Assembly: GCA_021413905.1 (NCBI GenBank)
Contig: JAIOPO010000005.1
Span: 81,271 to 145,270 of the forward strand
Origin: Candidatus Nomurabacteria bacterium
GTDB taxonomy: Bacteria; Patescibacteriota; Minisyncoccia; Phycocordibacterales; UBA9973
DNA length: 64,000 bases
Direction of reading: 5' to 3'
This document shows positions 56,829 through 64,000 of this stretch, one piece after another (positions within the stretch are counted from its first letter, which is position 1; every line of letters starts with the position of its first letter). The notes beneath the pieces were generated by a model, which searched no databases, was not told where the DNA came from, and saw only the letters and a program-made list of their open reading frames with translations. Made by a program: the position numbers and the translations under genes.

Positions 56829-57372
56829 AAATTTAAATTAAATACTAATCAGTCCAACCATCAATTTTTCCTAAAACAATATTGGCGTATGTTTGATAAT
56901 CAGTTTCTTTTACTAAAACGCTAAATGGCGTATGGTATGAATCATATTTATATGGATCATTTTTATAAAGTGCTCCACGTTGAATACTGCCATCTGGATT
57001 TTTTACATCATTGGTTTGTATTTCATATAAAACTTTTTGAGGAAATGGCATTGCTATACAATTAGAATTAATAGGACAACCATTGCCACCTAGGTCAAAT
57101 CCAACAACTTTAAAAGTTGCTCCACTATATGAGTCATTAGCAATTATGACTTTCTCCCCCAATTTAATATTAAATTCTTCATTTAATTTTACAGTTTTTG
57201 TTTTTGAATCTAACATAGGTTTAATAATATCTTTTAAGCTTGTTTCTTTTTTAACTTCTTTATTATCAGCATCTTTAAATGAAACAGACTTCACAGAAAA
57301 AATCACACACAAATAGACTAAGGCTAACACTATGATAATTAGTAATGTTGTTATTATTTTCTTTTGCATAAA
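56699..57372. repeat. 133-bp direct repeat at the 5' ends of the tandem paralogs
   Basis: 56699-56831 versus 57240-57372, one mismatch. Confidence 0.92.
56845..57369 (-). CDS. Membrane-anchored hypothetical protein, paralog B
   Basis: Shares the N-terminus, LNEEFNIKLGEKV and YEIQTxDVK with paralog A. Confidence 0.8.
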   Translation of the reverse strand: MQKKIITTLLIIIVLALVYLCVIFSVKSVSFKDADNKEVKKETSLKDIIKPMLDSKTKTVKLNEEFNIKLGEKVIIANDSYSGATFKVVGFDLGGNGCPINSNCIAMPFPQKVLYEIQTNDVKNPDGSIQRGALYKNDPYKYDSYHTPFSVLVKETDYQTYANIVLGKIDGWTD

Positions 57373-57390
57373 ATTTATTTATTAATTAAT

Positions 57391-57942
57391 CTAGAATTTC
57401 ACTTCCACAGGATTTTGCGCGACGTCGTTGTCAGCCAAATCAAAGAATTCCATTTTGGAGAAAGAAAACATTCCGGCAATCATATTACTAGGGAAAACTT
57501 CTATTTTTGTATTCAAGTCGCGGACATTTGCATTATAAAATCTGCGTGCGGCTTGGATTTTATTTTCAGTATCAGAAAGTTCACTTTGCAAAGCCAAGAA
57601 ATTTGTATTTGCTTTCAAATCTGGGTACGCTTCAGAAATAGCAAAGACTGATTTTAATGCTCCCGTGAGCATATTTTCTGCTTGCGCATGAGCAGGATTT
57701 GGACCACCGGAAGACATGGCTTTAGCTCTGGCATCACTGACTTTCTCAAATGCAGTGGATTCATGTGTAGCATAACCTTTCACTGTATTTACTAAATTCG
57801 GTATCAAATCATAACGGCGTTTTAGCTGAACTTCAATATCCGCCCAAGCTTCTTTCGCTCTATTTCGCAATGAAACAAGACCATTAAAAGCGAAAACAAC
57901 CCATAAAACTATAATACCCAATATAATCAAAAAGTACATCAT
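57391..57942 (-). CDS. lemA: LemA family protein
   Basis: QLKRRYDLIPNLV, EAYPDLKAN, ENKIQAARRFYN. Confidence 0.96.
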   Translation of the reverse strand: MMYFLIILGIIVLWVVFAFNGLVSLRNRAKEAWADIEVQLKRRYDLIPNLVNTVKGYATHESTAFEKVSDARAKAMSSGGPNPAHAQAENMLTGALKSVFAISEAYPDLKANTNFLALQSELSDTENKIQAARRFYNANVRDLNTKIEVFPSNMIAGMFSFSKMEFFDLADNDVAQNPVEVKF

Positions 57943-58015
57943 ATAATATATTTATTAGTGATAAAAGTTAAGAAATACTTAACTTATATATTGTAACATA
58001 TTGTAACACAAAAAA

Positions 58016-58915
58016 CTATTTTTTATTAGATTTCTTTTGCAATTCTTCCACCCATACGAGCAAAGGTGATGCTAGGAATATTGAAGAATATGTTCCAAAG
58101 AACATTCCAGCTGTGAGCATAAGTGCAAAATATTTTGTAGACACCGGTCCAAAGAAATACAAAGAAAGTAAAACAAGAATAACTGTCATAGAAGTGTTAA
58201 TGGAACGCACATATGACTGACTCAAACTATTCCCGACAGTATGATCAAATTCCACTGCTCTGTTTTTCAAATTCTCTCTGATACGGTCAAAAATAACAAT
58301 AGTATCTGAAACAGAAAGACCAAGGATTGTAAGTATTGCGACAACAAACAAAGTATCTACTTCTGCTCCGTAATAATGAGAAAGAAAAGCAAACAAACCA
58401 ACAGGTATTAATACGTCATGAAGCAATGTAACAACAGCGATGATACCATATCTCCAAGAGGACACAGGCTTTGAAACTTTTCTAAATGCAAAAGCAATAA
58501 AACATATTATAGCGAGAGCGACCAATACAATAGCGATGATTGCTTTCTTTGTAAGTTCATGACCAACTGATGGACCTATAGAATTAAAATTAGTCTCTTG
58601 CAAAGGATATTTTCCACCTTCAGATAAAGTGCTCAAAACTAAAAGATGTTCTGTATCTCCTAAATCACGAGTTTTTATTATATAACCCATATCACCTGTA
58701 GGCTGTATTAAGACTGAACCAAGATTTAAAGATTGAAAAGAAGTATCAAGATCTGCTTGCAATGGACGAGCATTAGTATAAACAACTTCAGTCAATGCTC
58801 CCCCCTTAAAATCAATACCGATCTTAAGACCGAATACAGACAAGGAAAGAACAGATAAAATAACCAATACTATTGATATACTAATAAATATTTTTTTGTT
58901 TTTTATTATGAACAT
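58016..58915 (-). CDS. secF: Protein translocase subunit SecF
   Basis: GIDFKGG, IGPSVG, HDV, DTIVIFDRIREN, RSINTS, GTYSSIF. Confidence 0.97.
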   Translation of the reverse strand: MFIIKNKKIFISISIVLVILSVLSLSVFGLKIGIDFKGGALTEVVYTNARPLQADLDTSFQSLNLGSVLIQPTGDMGYIIKTRDLGDTEHLLVLSTLSEGGKYPLQETNFNSIGPSVGHELTKKAIIAIVLVALAIICFIAFAFRKVSKPVSSWRYGIIAVVTLLHDVLIPVGLFAFLSHYYGAEVDTLFVVAILTILGLSVSDTIVIFDRIRENLKNRAVEFDHTVGNSLSQSYVRSINTSMTVILVLLSLYFFGPVSTKYFALMLTAGMFFGTYSSIFLASPLLVWVEELQKKSNKK

Positions 58916-58920
58916 ATATT

Positions 58921-60282
58921 TTATTTACTTAAACCTGAGCTGAATAAAAATCTCGCCACTTTATTTTCACCCAAGAAATCTATAACTGTTAAGAATATCC
59001 TAGTTATTGTGATAGCGGAAAGCATTGAAACCAAAACACCCATCCCTAAAGTCAAAGCGAAACCTTTGATGAGTGATGTACCAAACCAGAAAAGGATAAC
59101 AGCTGTTATGATACTGGAAATATTTGAATCACGAATTGAAAACCATGCGCGTGCATAACCCGCTGAAATAGAATTCGCAATACTTCTGCCTCCACGTAGT
59201 TCTTCTTTTACTCTTTCGAAAATCAAAACATTAGCATCAACAGCAATACCCATAGATATTATAAATCCAGCAATACCGGCAGCTGTCAAAGTCACAGGCA
59301 ATAATTTAAACAAAGCTAAAATTATAGATACATATATAGATAGAGATATAACAGCTACCAAACCAGGGAGTCTGTACCAAAGAATAAGAAACAATGCTAT
59401 AAGCAAGAAACCATAGATAGTCGCTTTCACACCCGCATGAACTGCATTAGTTCCGAGACTTGCGCCGATAGTTTGTTTTGAAAGAAGTGAAATAGGCACA
59501 GGCAATGCTCCGGAATTCAATCTGCCTACAAGTTGTTTAGCTTCTGTAGGTGTAAATGAACCAGAGATAACGGCTTGACCATTTGGTATTTCTTCACGAA
59601 CAACAGGAGTGGAAATAGCTGAACCATCCAAATAAATAGCCACCATCTTGCCGACATTTTCTTTTGTTATTTTTGCAAATAAAGCAGTACCAGTGTCATC
59701 AAATTGGAGTGATACTTTTGGTTCACGAGTATTTTGATCAAATTCTAAAGTTGCATTTTTTAAATATCTACCAGTAAGTTCTGTATTTACAAATTGAGAA
59801 TTGATATCTAAATTCAATTTTCCATCTTTGCCTACAGTCACTTGTTTTGGAGCGTCTTTAGGAGCTTCAATTTTAAATTCCAAAAGTGGAGTCTGCCCTA
59901 TCATTTGTGTCGCTTTTTCAACATCAGTAACACCAGGCAAATCAATAAGAAGCTTTTCTTCTCCATTAGAAACTATCCCCCCGTCTTCTATTTGAACTAC
60001 GGGTTCAGAAACACCAAAAAGATTAACTCTTCTTTCTATAACATCACGCAATGCAGACATAGAGTCACTAATTTGTCCTGCTGGGACAGCTGAAACATCT
60101 GCTTTATATACCAAATGAGTTCCTCCGGACAAATCCAAACCTAAACGAAATGGATGATGCTTAAAAAATGACTTTTGAGATTCAAAATTATGATTCAAAG
60201 TCGGTTCAGTCTTATAAACAAAACACGCTACAGCAACGCCTAGTAAAATAATTATTAAAGCTAAAATTCTTTTTTTCCACAT
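58921..60282 (-). CDS. secD: Protein translocase subunit SecD
   Basis: LGLDLSGG, RRVNLFGVSEP, SGALP, AVDANVLIFERVKEE. Start placed at ATG 60282. Confidence 0.97.
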   Translation of the reverse strand: MWKKRILALIIILLGVAVACFVYKTEPTLNHNFESQKSFFKHHPFRLGLDLSGGTHLVYKADVSAVPAGQISDSMSALRDVIERRVNLFGVSEPVVQIEDGGIVSNGEEKLLIDLPGVTDVEKATQMIGQTPLLEFKIEAPKDAPKQVTVGKDGKLNLDINSQFVNTELTGRYLKNATLEFDQNTREPKVSLQFDDTGTALFAKITKENVGKMVAIYLDGSAISTPVVREEIPNGQAVISGSFTPTEAKQLVGRLNSGALPVPISLLSKQTIGASLGTNAVHAGVKATIYGFLLIALFLILWYRLPGLVAVISLSIYVSIILALFKLLPVTLTAAGIAGFIISMGIAVDANVLIFERVKEELRGGRSIANSISAGYARAWFSIRDSNISSIITAVILFWFGTSLIKGFALTLGMGVLVSMLSAITITRIFLTVIDFLGENKVARFLFSSGLSK

Positions 60283-60370
60283 AATATAAGTATATTCTAT
60301 ACACTTTAATCTAAAAAAGCAAATACGGATAATCATTGTCTTTTGTTTAAAATTGTAGTAAAATAAAAGT

Positions 60371-61093
60371 ATGGAAAATAATAAAAATTACACAATCTTT
60401 GGTTTAATATTAGGTGTCTCACTTATTTTAAGTTTTGGAATAGGTTCTTTTACTTTTTACAAACTTCGTTCAATGGATTTTATTTCGACGACAGGTTCTG
60501 CAAAAAAAGAAGTTACTTCTGATAAAGTTAAATGGACTTCATCAATCACTCGCCCGGTAAAAGTCTCAACTATTAAAGATGGTTACGCAAAGATGGACGC
60601 AGACTTGAAAGAAGTTAAAAACTTTTTAACTTCAAATGGAATCACTGAAGAAAACATAGAAATATCTCCTATTTTCATGAATGAAGTTTACGAACAAAAC
60701 CAAGGAGCTGAGAAAAATTACAACTTAGTTCAAAATATAGAAGTCCAATCTTCAGACGTTCAAAAGATTTCCAGTTTAGCAAAAAATACAAGCTCATTAA
60801 TAATAAATAAAGGAGTATTATTCTCCACAAATTCTTTAGAATATTATTATTCAAAACTCCCAGAAACTCGGATAGAGTTATTGGCAAATGCTGTCGGTGA
60901 TGCAAAAGCTCGAGCAGAACAACTCGCAAATGCTGGAGGCAAAAAAATAGGTGTATTAAAATCAGCATCTAGTGGAGTCGTGCAAGTCACATCACCAAAT
61001 TCTGTAGAAGTCAGTGATTATGGCATGTATGATACTTCAAAAATTCAAAAAGAAATAATGGTTACAGTTAAAGCGAGTTTCGAAATTAAATAA
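60371..61093 (+). CDS. SIMPL (DUF541) domain protein, second paralog
   Basis: TGSAKKEVTSD, DAKARAEQLA, ASSGVVQVT. Confidence 0.85.
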   Translation: MENNKNYTIFGLILGVSLILSFGIGSFTFYKLRSMDFISTTGSAKKEVTSDKVKWTSSITRPVKVSTIKDGYAKMDADLKEVKNFLTSNGITEENIEISPIFMNEVYEQNQGAEKNYNLVQNIEVQSSDVQKISSLAKNTSSLIINKGVLFSTNSLEYYYSKLPETRIELLANAVGDAKARAEQLANAGGKKIGVLKSASSGVVQVTSPNSVEVSDYGMYDTSKIQKEIMVTVKASFEIK

Positions 61094-61622
61094 TTTTTCT
61101 AATAGAATAAAAAAATATTGATATCAATGAACCTAAAATAAATCCACCCAAAATATCAATTGGGTAATGTACTCCTGCAATAATACGCGCAATCCCCACA
61201 ATCAAAGCTAAAAAGATAAAAATAATACCGACTTTTTTATGATTGAATAAAATAGCCATAGCTAAAGCCATAAAAAAAGTTGCATGCCCTGAAGGAAAAG
61301 CAAACCCTTTTTCATAAAAAAGCGGGTAAACATTAAACAAATCAACAAACGGTCTAGGTGTATGAAAAAATACTTTTAAAACAGAAGCAGATATCCAAGC
61401 TACAAAACCTGAAAAAAATGCGATCATTATTTCTACGCCCTTGGAAGAAATTTTTTTTAAATAAAATTTTGAGGAAATTATATCGTGATGTAAAAGCAAA
61501 AAACTTATCGCAAATATCACTATCAAATAAGGCAAGTAAATAGCACAGAAAAAAACAATATCATCAACATATTTAAAATGATGAGCAAAACCATATAAAA
61601 AATTAAAAATAATATTATTCAT
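61086..61622 (-). CDS. PAP2-family membrane phosphatase (possible undecaprenyl-PP phosphatase)
   Basis: KVFFHTPRP, FPSGH, ARIIAGVHYPID. Confidence 0.92.
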   Translation of the reverse strand: MNNIIFNFLYGFAHHFKYVDDIVFFCAIYLPYLIVIFAISFLLLHHDIISSKFYLKKISSKGVEIMIAFFSGFVAWISASVLKVFFHTPRPFVDLFNVYPLFYEKGFAFPSGHATFFMALAMAILFNHKKVGIIFIFLALIVGIARIIAGVHYPIDILGGFILGSLISIFFYSIRKII

Positions 61623-62463
61623 TTTTATTTATTTTATCTTTTAATTTTGCTACGTCAACAACATTAGACAATAGCATGGCGACAGTTACAGGACCGACAC
61701 CTCCAGGAACAGGAGAAATATAACTCGCAATATTTTTAACAGAATCCAAATCAACATCGCCCACAATGCCTTCATTTGATTCAAATGTTCCAGCATCAAT
61801 TAATATTACATCTTTTTTAACCATATCCCCTTTTATATATTTACCCTGTCCTATGCCCGACACTATAACATCGGCATTTTTTAAAATAACTTCTTTATTT
61901 TCTGTTTCACTGTCAATCGTCTCGACATTCAAATTGCGAAATCTTAACAAAGAAGTTACTGGCTTACCAACCAAATCACCTTGACCCAAAACAACAATTT
62001 TTTTATCTTTCAAATCAACACCTAAAGAATCTAAAATCTCAATGCAAGCGCGTGCAGTTGGAAAAGACAAGATACCCGAACCATTATAGAATTTTTGACT
62101 ATTCACAAATCCCAAACAATCAACATCCAACTCTGGATTAATTGCATTTAATATTGCATTTTTATCTAAATGTTTCGGCAAAGGAATTTGAGCGATAATA
62201 CCGCATATATTTTCTATATTATTTATTTTTTTTATTTCATTTAAAATTTCATCGTTTGAAATATCTTCTTTAAAAAAAGCTTTATGAAATTTTATACCGA
62301 TACTTTCAGCCATACGCATCTTCATATTAACATACTGTAAAGACACAGAATCTTCCCCTACTAAAATATCACAAAAGACTGGTTGAAAAGAAAGATTTTT
62401 AATATCTTCTTTTAATTTATTTAAAATAATATCTCTAATTTTTTTTCCTTCTACTATAATCAT
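61615..62463 (-). CDS. folD: Bifunctional methylene-THF dehydrogenase/cyclohydrolase
   Basis: QIPLP, LVGKP, SPVPGGVGPVTVAML. Confidence 0.94.
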   Translation of the reverse strand: MIIVEGKKIRDIILNKLKEDIKNLSFQPVFCDILVGEDSVSLQYVNMKMRMAESIGIKFHKAFFKEDISNDEILNEIKKINNIENICGIIAQIPLPKHLDKNAILNAINPELDVDCLGFVNSQKFYNGSGILSFPTARACIEILDSLGVDLKDKKIVVLGQGDLVGKPVTSLLRFRNLNVETIDSETENKEVILKNADVIVSGIGQGKYIKGDMVKKDVILIDAGTFESNEGIVGDVDLDSVKNIASYISPVPGGVGPVTVAMLLSNVVDVAKLKDKINKNE

Positions 62464-62467
62464 ATAT

Positions 62468-63601
62468 TTATATACCTAAAAATTCATTTCTCATATCGTC
62501 TTTATGAGCAACTCTCGCATAACTACGCATACTCATCAAAATACCGAGAGCCATAAATTCTGTTAAAAGATGAGATCCTCCGTAACTCATAAAAGGTAAA
62601 GTAATTCCGGTAACAGGCAAAATACCGATATTCATACCTATATTTATGAGTATATGGCTCATTAAAAAAATAGCAACTCCTAAACCAAAAAGGATTTCAA
62701 AATTAGAAGAACCAAGAAGAGCATTTCTTAGAATTCTCCAAATGGTTAAGGCGAACAATATAAATAACAATAAAACACCTACAAAACCCCATTCTTCAGC
62801 AAAAGCAGCAAAAATAAAATCTGTTTGATATTCTGGTAAAAAATTAAGTCTTGATTGTGTTCCAAAACCAACACCCTTACCTAATATCTTACCTGAACCG
62901 ACAGCAATTGTTGACTGAAAAGCATTGTAACCAGAACCATGAATATCAGCCAATGGATTCAAAAAATTTAAAATTCTTGCTTTTTGATAAGGAGCAAAAA
63001 CAGACATCCATAAAACTGTAAAAATTAAAACTCCTGAAATACCAACCAAAGCCAAATGTCTTTTAGAAATACCTGAAACCAAAGTCATACCAAACCAAAT
63101 AAAAAATATAATAATAGCAGAACCAAAATCTGGTTGAAATAAAACCAAACAAAATGGAATAACAGCATAAACACCAGAAATAAATATATGTTTAATATTC
63201 CTGATTTCTACATGGCGACGAGAAAAGTATTTAGCTAAAATTAAAATAACTACCAACTTCATCATATCTCCTGGTTGAAATGAGAATATACCAAAAGAAA
63301 ACCAGCTTTGAGCTCCATGAGAAATATGACCCAATGTAAAAAGAATTAATAAAATTGAAGAAAAAAATAAAAATAAAATAACTAAAACATCTGTTCTTTT
63401 TAAGAATCTAAAATCAATAAAAGAAAATACAAAAAAAATAAAAAGACAAAAAACAATAGATATTATTTGTTTTTCAAAAAAACTAATACCGGAAGAATCT
63501 GGGACGAAAGATTTCATTGTTACTAAACCAGCAGAAATTATAGGTAAAATAAATAACAATAAAAGCCAATCTATTTTTTTTACGAAAGATAAAGACATCA
63601 T
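62468..63601 (-). CDS. rodA: SEDS-family peptidoglycan glycosyltransferase (RodA/FtsW)
   Basis: GAQSW, QPDFGS, GYNAFQS, LPEYQTDFIF, LPFMSYGGS. Confidence 0.85.
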   Translation of the reverse strand: MMSLSFVKKIDWLLLLFILPIISAGLVTMKSFVPDSSGISFFEKQIISIVFCLFIFFVFSFIDFRFLKRTDVLVILFLFFSSILLILFTLGHISHGAQSWFSFGIFSFQPGDMMKLVVILILAKYFSRRHVEIRNIKHIFISGVYAVIPFCLVLFQPDFGSAIIIFFIWFGMTLVSGISKRHLALVGISGVLIFTVLWMSVFAPYQKARILNFLNPLADIHGSGYNAFQSTIAVGSGKILGKGVGFGTQSRLNFLPEYQTDFIFAAFAEEWGFVGVLLLFILFALTIWRILRNALLGSSNFEILFGLGVAIFLMSHILINIGMNIGILPVTGITLPFMSYGGSHLLTEFMALGILMSMRSYARVAHKDDMRNEFLGI

Positions 63602-64000
63602 TTAATTTAAAGAAGCGTAGAAAATATTGTAAATAGGTATGATTTCTTTATTAACTATTTTTGAAGAAAAAGGTTCCGGCCAAGTAAACACTATATCTTG
63701 ACTTGTTTTTTTATACAAAAAATTTAAATACGTCTTACTTGCTGATATAGCTTCACCAGAAGCATCATACAAAATTACAATAATATTAACATCTGGAATT
63801 TTAAACAAAGAATCGTTCTCAATAACAGCTTTCAATTTTGGAAAAGAATTTTCATTCTCCAAAAATATTTGATCGACATTTACTTTTAATTGTTCTATCT
63901 TATCTTGGCTAACAGCAAGCCAAACTGGCATTTCCAAAAATTCAAATGTTGTATAAACAGGAACAGAATTACCCACACCTATGGCTGGTTCAAAAACAGC
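63602..64000 (-). CDS. Hypothetical protein, partial (starts beyond the right edge)
   Basis: Frame is open from 64000 (AVFEPAIGVGNSVP..) to the stop at 63602; IIVILYDASGEAISASKT suggests a beta-sandwich. Confidence 0.7.
   Translation of the reverse strand, partial: AVFEPAIGVGNSVPVYTTFEFLEMPVWLAVSQDKIEQLKVNVDQIFLENENSFPKLKAVIENDSLFKIPDVNIIVILYDASGEAISASKTYLNFLYKKTSQDIVFTWPEPFSSKIVNKEIIPIYNIFYASLN

Noticed and set aside
56298-57372. Diversity-generating retroelement (TR/VR) explanation for the paralog repeat
   Set aside because: The repeat is at the 5' end, has one mismatch rather than many adenine-specific changes, and no RT gene is in the window.
1-64000. CRISPR array, cas genes, transposase, integrase, reverse transcriptase or intron
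   Set aside because: No regularly spaced repeat-spacer pattern and no such protein motifs seen; nearly all sequence is explained by core genes.

Overview
AT-rich bacterial chromosome segment using the standard code (TGA is a stop, e.g. in smpB). Gene content points to Patescibacteria/CPR, probably a Parcubacteria (OD1) lineage: no uL30 gene after rpsE, no uL1 gene after rplK, no uL29 gene between rplP and rpsQ, a short uL15, an orphan VirD4/TraG-like ATPase, and core genes without Shine-Dalgarno motifs. The lineage call is inference. The window is mostly core translation and secretion machinery: the str-S10-spc cluster, infC-rpmI-rplT, secE-nusG-rplK, secDF, gatCA, smpB-ssrA and ftsH. It also holds a thymidylate and nucleotide module, two large surface proteins and a variable island between lemA and htpX. 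I found no CRISPR array, transposase, integrase or reverse transcriptase. The most interesting signals are non-coding. (1) A compact 6S-RNA-like gene with its own promoter and terminator (11520-11645). (2) An 88-bp promoter plus structured-leader cassette duplicated in front of two unrelated genes that interrupt the ribosomal cluster (24810-24897, 33183-33270). (3) A palindromic repeat inserted in frame into both thyA and folA. (4) A rare tRNA-Ile(UAU). (5) A recurring hairpin plus U-tract just after the promoters of several translation operons. (6) Structured leaders at the DEAD-box helicase and rpsN, and a long hairpin between gatC and gatA. All structures were paired by eye and all product calls come from motif recognition; no searches were run.
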